Origin: Euryarchaeota archaeon UBA106
GTDB taxonomy: Archaea; Thermoplasmatota; Poseidoniia; Poseidoniales; Thalassarchaeaceae
DNA length: 64,000 bases
Assembly: GCA_002502365.1 (NCBI GenBank)
Contig: DAOJ01000065.1
Coordinates: 7,547 to 71,546, forward strand
Direction of reading: 5' to 3'
Shown here in pieces: positions 48,823 through 58,785 of the stretch. The notes under the pieces are model-generated. The model had not been told where the DNA came from, did not search any database, and worked only from the letters and a program-made list of their open reading frames with translations. Position 1 is the stretch's first letter; the number at the start of each line of letters is the position of its first letter. Made by a program: the position numbers and the translations under genes.

Positions 48823-51095
48823 AATTCTGTATCTCCTTTCTCCTCTGAAATTGAATCTGTCGAAAATTCTATTTCTGATTTCAATCTGACTCTATCTACA
48901 GGATTCTTCCTATTCCATCCTGTTACAGCAAAGTGTATTTTTCTTCCTGGAGGTGTGATTTGATTCAATTCCTTAGAACGTAGAAGAGCGCCTGCTGTTA
49001 GATTCATAACACGATGATTTCCAGCTTCATATCTTACTCTTCTAGCTACAATTAATTGCTCCAGTGGAATTTCTCCACGCTTCATAAGAGAAATTTCAGT
49101 CACAAGTCTTTGTGCAGCTATTTCGGGACCAATTCCAAATGGATCATTTGCTAAGTCCTCTAACATATTCTCCTGTAATTTCCTAATCCAATAACAGGTT
49201 GAATGTTGACGCAATTCTATACCTCTGACCTTCCATTCATCACCTATCTTTGCATAATACTTAGTCAGGGCACCTACGCCTGTAGTTCTGTTCGGAATAA
49301 AAGCAATCCAGTCATATTCGTATTCCAATTCTAGTGGTATTCCAATTAATACTTCAATTCTTTCAATCAAGCGTTGGTATGATTTGCGCTTTTCTTCTTG
49401 ACTTCTATCCTCACGGTCTTTAATCCAAATAGCATCAACTATCGCGTGTATACAATCCCACCCTTCCTTATTTGCTTCTTCAATTGTGGTTAGGAGAATT
49501 TCACGAGACCAAGCGCAAATTGCTTCGTGACATTCGATACGACCAAATCGGGCATTCCGATAACCAGTATATCCAAAACAGGTAACTAAAATCCACTTGA
49601 GAACGTTTTGCCTTCTGTCCCATGAATCTCCTTTTTTTCTTCTTCTTGCTTTCAGAGAATTTCTTCTTTCGATTATAGGTGCTACGACCCTTCCAAGGAA
49701 TCCATGCTTACGAGTGCAAACATGTAATCCAAGTTCGGGAGCAATTAATTTTCTATGTTCGTCATTTTTTATTCTTTTTTGAATTTCATAAGAGGCAGCT
49801 AAAACATCCAGTGGTAATCTCCCATCTTTCATCTCGTAATTTCCAATTTTTGGATTACAGCATGAGCAATTCATAGTTTCAGGACTTATGTTTCTAGTGG
49901 CAATAATACTAGGGAATAAACTTGCAAAATCAAGTTCTATTGCTCCTTCATGAACTCCAACAATTGGGTCGAGATACAATCCCCCTCTGTCTGCTAAAAT
50001 TAATTCATCAGCATTTTTCAAATCCTCAGGTCTGTTCTTTTTCCAAGGAATTAGGACACCATCTTCCATTGATTGTCTTATTTGCATGGCTGATATCGCG
50101 GAACCAGGAGAGAGTCTAGACAAATCGGCGGCAGGCAAACCGGAAGTTCTTGCTAATTCCATTATCCCTTCTATACCTCCTTCCTTACCTATGAAGGAAC
50201 GCTTCATGTCTATGTGTAATCTACCTTCTAGGGGATGGTACGCTTCTTTTCTCATAAGGCGTCCATAACTCCAATCTACTCTTTCTTTTGTTCGTGGACT
50301 ACTGTCGCTTCCGTTCCTACTAATGTCGAGATTCATTTCAGATTTTTGAGCTAGACGAATCAAAGCGGGAATATCTACACTGTCTCCATCATAGGTTATT
50401 ACGATATCAGGGTCAATTTCTTTCATTTTTTTTTGAAAATCATTCAACATATGTGCTGAACATGTATATGCTTCTGAAATTAAATTGTAACTGATTTGTT
50501 TTTCAGAATTTATAATTCCTCTATCCAATATTTTGATGCTTGAAATCGGTGCGTCAAATTTCCTTTTTCCATTTGTATCGTAACAATTAACTCTAATCTC
50601 TACTATTCGTAAAGGTGGAAATTCCCAATCTACTTTGTTTCTCGTATCTAAAGGAATTATTCGTTTGCCACAAATCCGTACTCTTCCAAATGGATGTGTT
50701 TTGAGATCTAACAAAAACCTCTGGGAAATCTTTGGGTCCACAGAAAAAATTTCAAAATTTTTCCAAGAACCATTTGCATCAATAATTTCAGCGATTTTTA
50801 CAATCTTCGATATTTTTTGCAATTTAACTGCCAAAACCTCAACTTTTCTCTCTGATTCATGAGATGTACGATGTTTTTCCAATTTTAATGAAATTGGACC
50901 AAATGGCCTTTGGTATTCCGGTCTTGAAAGAGCCCCAGCTAATTCTCTAAGTCTGTGTGGTTCCCCTTTAACGTATATTGTGAAGAACCATGGGGTCATG
51001 ATATGTCTAATTTCTCCGTCATCCATTTTTATCCAAAGGCACATGCATTCACTTTTGTTATCTAAATGACAGTCGATTATCCATCCCTCATTCAT
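48708..51095 (-). CDS. polB: Family B DNA polymerase homolog, divergent; Exo I, Exo III and motif C degenerate
   Basis: Motif A DFASLFPSIIATRNISPET. Exo II ITYDGDSVDIPAL. KxY TKYYAKIGDEW..RGIE present. But Exo I YDTNG (FDIET expected), Exo III QSMEDG (Y lost), motif C AIVDAI (YGDTDS expected). Confidence 0.75.
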   Translation of the reverse strand: MNEGWIIDCHLDNKSECMCLWIKMDDGEIRHIMTPWFFTIYVKGEPHRLRELAGALSRPEYQRPFGPISLKLEKHRTSHESERKVEVLAVKLQKISKIVKIAEIIDANGSWKNFEIFSVDPKISQRFLLDLKTHPFGRVRICGKRIIPLDTRNKVDWEFPPLRIVEIRVNCYDTNGKRKFDAPISSIKILDRGIINSEKQISYNLISEAYTCSAHMLNDFQKKMKEIDPDIVITYDGDSVDIPALIRLAQKSEMNLDISRNGSDSSPRTKERVDWSYGRLMRKEAYHPLEGRLHIDMKRSFIGKEGGIEGIMELARTSGLPAADLSRLSPGSAISAMQIRQSMEDGVLIPWKKNRPEDLKNADELILADRGGLYLDPIVGVHEGAIELDFASLFPSIIATRNISPETMNCSCCNPKIGNYEMKDGRLPLDVLAASYEIQKRIKNDEHRKLIAPELGLHVCTRKHGFLGRVVAPIIERRNSLKARRRKKGDSWDRRQNVLKWILVTCFGYTGYRNARFGRIECHEAICAWSREILLTTIEEANKEGWDCIHAIVDAIWIKDREDRSQEEKRKSYQRLIERIEVLIGIPLELEYEYDWIAFIPNRTTGVGALTKYYAKIGDEWKVRGIELRQHSTCYWIRKLQENMLEDLANDPFGIGPEIAAQRLVTEISLMKRGEIPLEQLIVARRVRYEAGNHRVMNLTAGALLRSKELNQITPPGRKIHFAVTGWNRKNPVDRVRLKSEIEFSTDSISEEKGDTEFYTRLAVRAATAILSPFGWSEELLANGSMRQSSLDSWL

Positions 51096-51375
51096 CCCCT
51101 AACCTCTCAATTTGTTTTTCAATTTGCGCAATTCTTTCATATGCCTCAACTAACATTGAAAGTAGGATTGGTTCAATTGGGTCTACGTTTGGAATCATGC
51201 CACAAGCAGCAGCTCTAGACCTTGTAGCGTTCATCATCGATTCGTAAGCCAAACGATCTTGAGGTCTCAGAGTTCTATAGAATCGCCTCCACTCTTCTAT
51301 TCGAGACTCTCCTCTCATTCTCCAAGTTGCGACTGTCCTACCCATGGATTTGTTTGGCGAATTAAATCGCTTCAC
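51088..51375 (-). CDS. Hypothetical protein (95 aa), between endA and polB in the same transcriptional direction
   Basis: ORF overlaps the polB start by 8 nt. Basic and helical. No family recognised. Confidence 0.4.
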   Translation of the reverse strand: MKRFNSPNKSMGRTVATWRMRGESRIEEWRRFYRTLRPQDRLAYESMMNATRSRAAACGMIPNVDPIEPILLSMLVEAYERIAQIEKQIERLGDE

Positions 51376-51427
51376 TTTCTTTTTGAAGACAGAGAGTTAT
51401 TTTAGAGAGTAAAAGTGAAACAGATTA

Positions 51428-52426
51428 TCAGAGTTTTCTCGGGTTTGTCCAACGTGAATCTGCAGGAGGCCTTGTTATTGCGAGGTAATTCCAGGAGCCT
51501 TCATTATTTACAGGATGTAACCAAATTTTGTTAACACCTGAAGCTAATCTAGATGCTAGGCAGGCACCAGCCCAGTTCTTTGGCGCCTCATCTGGTAAAA
51601 CTACTAGGTATGGAGCGTGGTCATCTCCTATGCGCTTTTCATAACATCTCCATTTGGAACCATACTTGAATCCAGGTCTAATCACAAGACCTCTATCTAG
51701 TAAATCTAAGAGAATTAAAGCACCCTGGCTGAGTGGTGACTTACCATCCACAATTTCACTGGCTATCGTATCCAAAAAAATGCCTTCTTCAGTAGGTATG
51801 CCTAATTGTTCTATTTCCCAATTTTCGGATGGGAAAATCATACCGTCCGCAGAGTTAATTCCATCAGATAAGTTTGGTAATTTTTCACCTAATCTTTCCT
51901 CTTTGAAAATACCTAATGGAGATTCAGATGATAACTGGTAGCTAACGACACTAAGTTCTTCATCTACTATCATTACTTCTGGAATCCTGTTTGAGTTTCT
52001 TACCTCTACAGCCCAATTATGTAATTCGGCTGGGTTAAGCATTTCTGAATCTAAAAACCATCTGACTTCAGCAGTTGGTTGAGAATCTTTTGGGTGAGAA
52101 TTCGATGGCCACCTACACGCCCATGTTTGAGGTTGATAATCTAAATCAAAAAGATCTAGATTTCCCGTAAGTACAACCTTATTCCCTGGGACTCTCAAAG
52201 CTTCAAGAATGCAATACTCTTGTAGTAGCATACCGTTCATGGAAAGTGCATTTGTTTTCCAATCATTATCTGGCAATTCTATATTTCGGTGGTGGTGGAC
52301 AAAAAGTGTCTCCGCAGGAGATAGAGCTAGACTTCCATTTTTCAAAAGTCTCCCAATTACTGACTTTTGCCAGAGCCTTTGTGAGGCGGGGCCATCATAT
52401 TCCCAAACCTCAGGAGTGCCGCCCAT
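51428..52426 (-). CDS. endA: tRNA-splicing endonuclease (EndA), two-domain homodimeric type
   Basis: C-terminal catalytic domain LLDRGLVIRPGFKYGSKWRCY...GDDHAPYLVV fits the EndA L..RG..V+.G.KFG.DF..Y...H signature. 332 aa suggests an N-terminal degenerate repeat plus a C-terminal catalytic repeat. Confidence 0.6.
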   Translation of the reverse strand: MGGTPEVWEYDGPASQRLWQKSVIGRLLKNGSLALSPAETLFVHHHRNIELPDNDWKTNALSMNGMLLQEYCILEALRVPGNKVVLTGNLDLFDLDYQPQTWACRWPSNSHPKDSQPTAEVRWFLDSEMLNPAELHNWAVEVRNSNRIPEVMIVDEELSVVSYQLSSESPLGIFKEERLGEKLPNLSDGINSADGMIFPSENWEIEQLGIPTEEGIFLDTIASEIVDGKSPLSQGALILLDLLDRGLVIRPGFKYGSKWRCYEKRIGDDHAPYLVVLPDEAPKNWAGACLASRLASGVNKIWLHPVNNEGSWNYLAITRPPADSRWTNPRKL

Positions 52427-52522
52427 ATCGGTCCGAAACTAACACTTCGCTTGAGTTCGTCGGTCAATCGATGGTTATTTCTCAGCCCCAAAACTCATTC
52501 ATCTCCTCATCCTCGAAGTACC

Positions 52523-53581
52523 ATGGCGATTGACGAAGACACAGTGTCCCGTACCGAAGCTCTACAACGTTTACGCTCAACTTTGGATGAAATGAAAGGT
52601 TCCCAAGTAACTTTGCTAGGAGATGTAATGTTAGACAGATACCATCATGGTTATGCAAACAATTTGAATTCAATTGCGCCGGTTCCCGTCCTAAAAATAT
52701 TCCAAACCGATGAAAGCCCCGGAGCAGCTGCACATATTGCTAGAGGATTAAATTCCATAGGTTTAGATGTAGATTTTCACACTTATGTTGGTGATGATAG
52801 AGAAGGGGAAACAATTCGGAATATGTTGGAGCAAGACGGTATTTCAATTGAAGGAATAGAATCGATAAAAAATCGACACACACTGGTCAAAATTCGGTTT
52901 TTTGGAAGTAGAGAGAGTTTACTCGATGACAGCCAAATTTTGTTACAAGCTGACAGAGGTCCATTAGAACAAATTGACAGGTATATTTCCGAGAAGCTGA
53001 CAAATAATGCTATGAAAGCATTAGAGGAAAGTTGTGCTTTAGTTATCTCTGATTATGACAACGGTTCAGTTAGAGTTTCGAGCGCCTCGACTCTTATTGC
53101 CGAGGCTTCGAAGAATAATATTCCAGTTATTGTAGACCCGAAGTTAACCGGACTAGAAAGGTCTAGAGGGGCAACAGTAGTTCTTGTTGAAATGAGAGGT
53201 ATGGAACTCATGCGAAGAAGATTAGAATCATCTGATGCGGCTAGCGCAGCATCAGAATTAATCGATACATATGATTGGAATGCTTTAGTGGTTTTAGGTG
53301 GTGTTAATGGAGTAACTCTATATCAATCAGAAGGAGAAACTATCCATTTTGATTGTTATGCTTCAGCTCCTAAGCAACAGATAGGTCTCCATGATGCTGC
53401 TGCCACAGCGCTTGCGGTTGCGTTAGGAAATGGGTTACCAATGGAGGATGCTGGATTGTTAGCAGCCGCGGCCTGTGACTGCATTTTAACCGCAAAAGCA
53501 AGCCAGGAATTTGTAGATCTTGATACACTAGGTACATGGTTGGATGAATTGGTCTGGCAAATGCAAATTTCAGAGAGATAA
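52523..53581 (+). CDS. PfkB-family carbohydrate kinase, RfaE/HldE domain-I-like (heptose-7-phosphate kinase-like)
   Basis: VTLLGDVMLDRYHHGYANNLNSIAPVPVL matches the RfaE kinase motif (GDxMLDxY...PEAPVPV). C-terminal GG/anion-hole region. Confidence 0.6.
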   Translation: MAIDEDTVSRTEALQRLRSTLDEMKGSQVTLLGDVMLDRYHHGYANNLNSIAPVPVLKIFQTDESPGAAAHIARGLNSIGLDVDFHTYVGDDREGETIRNMLEQDGISIEGIESIKNRHTLVKIRFFGSRESLLDDSQILLQADRGPLEQIDRYISEKLTNNAMKALEESCALVISDYDNGSVRVSSASTLIAEASKNNIPVIVDPKLTGLERSRGATVVLVEMRGMELMRRRLESSDAASAASELIDTYDWNALVVLGGVNGVTLYQSEGETIHFDCYASAPKQQIGLHDAAATALAVALGNGLPMEDAGLLAAAACDCILTAKASQEFVDLDTLGTWLDELVWQMQISER

Positions 53582-53632
53582 TTGGCTCACGTATCCATGA
53601 GGTTCAATACTGAAGGACTCATCCAATACTCA

Positions 53633-55111
53633 ATGAATAGACGCTGGTTAGCCATAATTCCGGCTATGGCTGCAATTTTATTGCTTTCGACTAATGTTCA
53701 GGCAGATGATAGTGACCCAGCGCTCATCAGTATAAATGTTGAAAATGGTGCATATACTAATGACACGATTATTTTCTCAGGTATAATTGAAGATGATATC
53801 AAACCGGCTCAATCCTTTTGGAGAGTTAGTAAAGAAGGAACTACATTTGGAGGTGGTGACCTTTATCAAAATCTCGAAGAAACCCCTTCAACGAGTAGCC
53901 GAACTCAATGGACATGGTCATTCAGTTTATCAATTGAAGAAACTGGTGAATGTGCTTGTTACGTCAGTATCCATATAATAGATGAAAATTCTAACGAAAT
54001 CATAGGGCAAAGAGTAATTTTCATGGTCTCAGAAAATACATCGGGTCTAATTGGCTTCATGCTATATGAGGATCTTTCGGGCAATTTTATCGATTCTTTC
54101 GTCAATGTGAAGGGCTGGGTGGGGAGCTATCCAGAATCTAGTGTGACGATTGAAATAATCACTTCAATTACTCAGGGTTTAATTGAAGCTACACTATTTC
54201 CTCAACCCACAACTTGTTCTACGCCCTCGTTTACATCCGACACGGAAACATTTGCTAATGGCGAGTTTGAATTCGAATTCGATATCTCTTCCAAACTTGA
54301 TGGTTGGTTAAAGATAGATTTGATTTCTTGTTCTTCCAGTTTATCTTTCTTGGAAGGTTCAATCCAAGAATTTTCTATTCGTGTTAATAATGAACCGCCG
54401 ACAATAAAAATTTCTGGTATCGATTTTGCAATTGAAGATGATACCTGGCATACATTCGATGCTTCACTGACCGAAGATCCATATTGGGGTAGAACCGATA
54501 TGTATTATGTTTGGACATTATACCGTACATCCCATTCAGGTTTTTCTCCTATTGATGTAAAGATGGGTGTTGACATAACCAGTTACTCAATTTCTGGTAC
54601 AAAATCTGGTAATTATTCACTTAGCTTAACTGTCTATGATGAAGGAGGCCAATATTCCGAAAAGGTGGTAATTTTTGATATTGCAAATACAGTTCCAATT
54701 ATTTCATTAGAAATTGATGGAGAGCCGGTATCAAATAATCAGGAAATTAAGTTAACAAATCCATCAGATACTTTATTGGATGCAACAGCAAGTACAGATT
54801 CAGTCAATGATAAACCTGGGTTAAGGTGTGTTTGGTTGTTAGATAACGTACCTTTGTATGAAGGCTGCAATCGCTCTTTTTCTTGGGATGAATATCAAGG
54901 TGAAGATTACCGGGCAGAACTAACACTTGAAGTGATTGATGATGATGGTGAATACTCGACATTGAATGTCATACTAATCCATCCCAATGAAGTGCAACCT
55001 ATACCTATAATTCTGGTTATTCCAGCAATATCTCTAATTTTCCTCATTTACGCTACAATTAATCGATTCAAGTCCAATAATGAACTAGAAATTCCTAAGT
55101 GGAAATCTTGA
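53633..55111 (+). CDS. Cell-surface protein with PKD/Ig-like repeats, possible Tat-type signal (NRRWLAI), C-terminal TM anchor
   Basis: MNRRWLAIIPAMAAILLLSTNVQA signal. Repeated beta-rich modules (YSLSLTVYDEGGQYSEKVVIFDI...). C-terminal hydrophobic helix plus basic tail. Confidence 0.55.
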   Translation: MNRRWLAIIPAMAAILLLSTNVQADDSDPALISINVENGAYTNDTIIFSGIIEDDIKPAQSFWRVSKEGTTFGGGDLYQNLEETPSTSSRTQWTWSFSLSIEETGECACYVSIHIIDENSNEIIGQRVIFMVSENTSGLIGFMLYEDLSGNFIDSFVNVKGWVGSYPESSVTIEIITSITQGLIEATLFPQPTTCSTPSFTSDTETFANGEFEFEFDISSKLDGWLKIDLISCSSSLSFLEGSIQEFSIRVNNEPPTIKISGIDFAIEDDTWHTFDASLTEDPYWGRTDMYYVWTLYRTSHSGFSPIDVKMGVDITSYSISGTKSGNYSLSLTVYDEGGQYSEKVVIFDIANTVPIISLEIDGEPVSNNQEIKLTNPSDTLLDATASTDSVNDKPGLRCVWLLDNVPLYEGCNRSFSWDEYQGEDYRAELTLEVIDDDGEYSTLNVILIHPNEVQPIPIILVIPAISLIFLIYATINRFKSNNELEIPKWKS

Positions 55112-55177
55112 ATTTTACCTCACGTTGTTGTATTTTTCATACCACAGAAATAAGAATGGGTTCCACGTCCGCCAAAC

Positions 55178-56533
55178 ATGGGTGGGGTGACTAAACTACC
55201 ATTTGAGGCGGCAGAGTATAAGCAACGTCAGTCTCGTTTCCTATCTCAGATTGACAAGGATTGTTTGGTCCTTATTCCAACGAATCCTCTTTCTATTCGA
55301 TCTAACGATGTGCACTACCCATACAGGGCTAGTTCCTACATGTTGTACCTCTGTGGTTGGAGTGACCCAGGTTCAGTCTTCATGGCACAACACGATGGAG
55401 AGGAATGGAAAGTGAGTCTTTTTGTCCAGCCTAAAGATACTACAGCGGAAATTTGGGAAGGGAGACGCATTGGAGTTGACGGGGCCGCTAAAGGCTGGCC
55501 TATTAATCACGCAAATTCTTTATTAGACTTAGAGGAAATTATAGAACAATCACTTAGTGATTCTAATGGGGTCTATCTTATCCAAAAATTAAATCAACAA
55601 ATTGATGAAATTGTTAATCGCTCATTGACTTCCAAGAGCCGACAAAGAAATACTCACGGAATCGGGCCTACGAGTATTGTGGACCCTTCGTCAATTTTAG
55701 ACGAAATGAGGCTGTGTAAATCTCCAAGTGAGATTGAAATTATGAAGAAATCTGCAGATTTAGCCTCCGAGGCACATTCTATTGCCATGGAAAAAACTCA
55801 CCCACAGATTGCAGAATGGGAAATACAAGCTATTATTGAAGGACACTTTCAATCTAAAGGTTCACAATGGAGTTATCCTTCCATAGTAGGAGGAGGTGAT
55901 AATGCAACGATTTTGCATTATCATGCAAATAATAAATCTGTCAAAGATGGAGATTTAATACTGGTGGATGCTGGTTGTGAAATAGATGGTTACGCTTCGG
56001 ATATTACTCGAACATGGCCAGCTAATGGTAAATTTTCCGAAGCTCAGAGAGAAATATACAACTTAGTCCTAAAAGCCGAAATTGCAGCTATCGAAGCTTG
56101 TCAAATAGGATCTCCTTGGAATTCTTCACACAGAGCTAGTATGGAAGTAATTTCAAGAGGATTGATTGAATTAGGTATCCTCGATTGTTCTTTTGAAGAA
56201 GCTATGGGTGATGATTTAGACGGAAAAACTCGACAATTTTTCATGCATGGTACTAGCCATTCACTAGGCTTAGATGTACATGATGTCGGAGTTACTAGAC
56301 CTGAAGGTAAGGGTGATGGACGGCTTTTGGAAGAAGGAATGGTTCTTACCGTGGAACCTGGTTTATATTTTGGTTCTTGGAGAGAAGATATCACTATCCC
56401 AGAAAAGTACTCGGGAATTGGCATTCGCATAGAAGATAATGTGGTCATCACAAAAGAAGGCCCAATCGTCCTAACATCAAATTGCCCAAAACAAATTTCA
56501 GAAATTGAATCATTGGTTGGCTCAGGGGTTTGA
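55178..56533 (+). CDS. Xaa-Pro aminopeptidase (peptidase M24B, PepP-like)
   Basis: AMP_N-like N-domain. HYHANNKSVKDGDLILVDAGCEIDGYASDITRT, HGTSHSLGLDVHD, VLTVEPGLY metal-ligand motifs. Confidence 0.8.
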   Translation: MGGVTKLPFEAAEYKQRQSRFLSQIDKDCLVLIPTNPLSIRSNDVHYPYRASSYMLYLCGWSDPGSVFMAQHDGEEWKVSLFVQPKDTTAEIWEGRRIGVDGAAKGWPINHANSLLDLEEIIEQSLSDSNGVYLIQKLNQQIDEIVNRSLTSKSRQRNTHGIGPTSIVDPSSILDEMRLCKSPSEIEIMKKSADLASEAHSIAMEKTHPQIAEWEIQAIIEGHFQSKGSQWSYPSIVGGGDNATILHYHANNKSVKDGDLILVDAGCEIDGYASDITRTWPANGKFSEAQREIYNLVLKAEIAAIEACQIGSPWNSSHRASMEVISRGLIELGILDCSFEEAMGDDLDGKTRQFFMHGTSHSLGLDVHDVGVTRPEGKGDGRLLEEGMVLTVEPGLYFGSWREDITIPEKYSGIGIRIEDNVVITKEGPIVLTSNCPKQISEIESLVGSGV

Positions 56534-56537
56534 TAAA

Positions 56538-57707
56538 ATGGCCGATTGGCGTGCGATTCTTGAAGGGCTATTGGTACTAAAACCTCCAAGATTAACTGTT
56601 GAAGAAGCTATTATTCTGTATGATGAAGCAGACCAGAATGAGCTATTGCATGCTGGTTTACAAATGCGTAGATTACGTGTGCCAGGGAACAAAGTCACAT
56701 ATCTTGTTGATCGAAATGTAAACTACACTAATGTGTGCACAATAAATTGTCAATTTTGTTCATTCTATAGACCACCTGGACATCAAGAATCCTACACTCA
56801 AACTATCGAACAAATCAGTGCGAGATTTTCTGAGTTAGAATATATCGGAGGTTCGAGAGTACTGATGCAGGGAGGAGTTAATCCAGACCTACCACTTGAA
56901 TGGTATACAGATTTAATTTCAGAACTTAGAGTCAGGCATCCTACTATTGATTTAGATTGCTTTTCACCCATCGAAATTGAAGGTATTGCAGAAGTCTGTG
57001 AATCTACTACCAAAGAGGTCCTTCTAAGATTAAAGGATGCAGGAATGCATGGATTGCCCGGTGGAGGGGCAGAAATGCTTGTTGATGATGTACGTTTAGA
57101 TGTCTCTCCCAAAAAAGGTAGTGCAGATAATTGGTTGAGGGTAATGGATGAAGCTCAACAAATTGGTTTGACAACTTCTGCAACTAATGTAATTGGTTTT
57201 GGGGAAAGTAATGAGCATCGCGTAAAGCACATGGAAAAAATTAGGGAATTGCAAGACCGAAATCTAGCAAAAGGATTGCGAGGATTCACATCATTTATTG
57301 CATGGCCAGTACAATTGGAAAACAATTCCTTTGGCAAACGAAATAAGGGGCAAAATAAGATTGAATTGGGGGCTGGTGCCTACGAATACCTTCGTCATGT
57401 TGCGATTTCACGCCTATTTTTCGACAATATTGAACACATACAGGCATCATGGCCAACGATGGGAATGGGTATTGCACAATTAGCGTTATTCGCTGGTGCT
57501 GATGATGCTGGTTCCACAATGATGGAAGAAAATGTAGTATCAGCTTCAGGGACCACAAAAACTCTTGCAGGTGAAGATGAATTACAACTTACAATCTTAC
57601 GAGCGGGTTTCATTCCACAAAAAAGGGATTCAAATTACATGCATCTGGACACTCAAATCCAAAATGAAAAAGTCTTACCGTGCCCACCTCCTTTGCAACC
57701 CGCATAA
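56538..57707 (+). CDS. Radical SAM enzyme, MqnC/MqnE/CofH-ThiH family
   Basis: NYTNVCTINCQFCSF (CxxxCxxC) in the characteristic RN(I/V)NYTN context. ~390 aa. Confidence 0.65.
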   Translation: MADWRAILEGLLVLKPPRLTVEEAIILYDEADQNELLHAGLQMRRLRVPGNKVTYLVDRNVNYTNVCTINCQFCSFYRPPGHQESYTQTIEQISARFSELEYIGGSRVLMQGGVNPDLPLEWYTDLISELRVRHPTIDLDCFSPIEIEGIAEVCESTTKEVLLRLKDAGMHGLPGGGAEMLVDDVRLDVSPKKGSADNWLRVMDEAQQIGLTTSATNVIGFGESNEHRVKHMEKIRELQDRNLAKGLRGFTSFIAWPVQLENNSFGKRNKGQNKIELGAGAYEYLRHVAISRLFFDNIEHIQASWPTMGMGIAQLALFAGADDAGSTMMEENVVSASGTTKTLAGEDELQLTILRAGFIPQKRDSNYMHLDTQIQNEKVLPCPPPLQPA

Positions 57708-57716
57708 TCAATCCTT

Positions 57717-58781
57717 TTACTCTTCAGAGCGGGCTGCTCGTAATGGCATTTCATCTATTTCAACAGGTTCTTCTGTTTGAGGGAAAATTAATGGTTTAAC
57801 CCATCTTAATCTCATACCATCCCAAGTTACATGGATATGCAACTCCCAATGTAATGCAATAACAGAGGAGTAAATCGTACCAGGCCACCTTTCCTTGGGT
57901 CCGTTCACAGTGATTGGTAAATTGGTATCAGAATTATATTCCCCTCTCGCTCTAACTCTCATGGGTTCCAATAGTAATATTCGAGTGTAATCAACCGCTA
58001 ATGGAGTCGATTCTCCAACACCGGTTCCATGTTCCTCTCCTCCAGTCAGTCTCTTTTCAGGCAATGGAGTAGACATACCTGGAGGGGGTTGACCGAATTC
58101 TTTCCTATTGGAAGATTGAAGCATGGTATTTCGTTCTGGTATCGCTATTCCTGCTTGAATTCTTGACCCAATTAGGTGTACGTTATCCGGTAACACTAAT
58201 TTTGTAATTTTGACGTTACCATCACCTATTTGGAATTCAATTTCAGGTTCAGAAATTGGAGATTGAATGTATAGGTTTTGTCGATTTATGTCTCGTGTGT
58301 TTGCATATATCCTGATAATTATTGGCAATACAAAAATTGGAAATGTTAAGAATAATAATTTAGGATAATCTAACGGTCCAATTTGGTAAGATCCTTGTGT
58401 AATCCAAGAAAGTACTGGAGTATTATCCAAAGCCGGAGCAATTGCGTGTAAAAATAATGAAAAAATAAGTAAAATTACTGTTGGAGCAATCAACTTCCTT
58501 GCGATAGCATGTAATGGATCTGGTTCAATATACCAACCATTTCTAGTTCTCATTAGAAACGGCAATGTTGCTGTTGTAGTTACGGATTGTATTCTTGGTA
58601 AATGATTGTCTTTTTCGGTTACCCTTCGCCATTCAACAAACCAACCCGATTCTGAGCCTATTCTAAATGGGGTTGGTGGGGGCGAATCAGATTCTAGAAT
58701 GACTTCTGTTATAGGTAAAGAATTAGGGTCAATATTGGCATGGTCAAATGGTGGATATCTAATTCTTTGAACAGATTCCAT
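57717..58781 (-). CDS. Membrane protein, hypothetical
   Basis: Long ORF with several hydrophobic segments. Confidence 0.45.
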   Translation of the reverse strand: MESVQRIRYPPFDHANIDPNSLPITEVILESDSPPPTPFRIGSESGWFVEWRRVTEKDNHLPRIQSVTTTATLPFLMRTRNGWYIEPDPLHAIARKLIAPTVILLIFSLFLHAIAPALDNTPVLSWITQGSYQIGPLDYPKLLFLTFPIFVLPIIIRIYANTRDINRQNLYIQSPISEPEIEFQIGDGNVKITKLVLPDNVHLIGSRIQAGIAIPERNTMLQSSNRKEFGQPPPGMSTPLPEKRLTGGEEHGTGVGESTPLAVDYTRILLLEPMRVRARGEYNSDTNLPITVNGPKERWPGTIYSSVIALHWELHIHVTWDGMRLRWVKPLIFPQTEEPVEIDEMPLRAARSEE

Positions 58782-58785
58782 TTTT

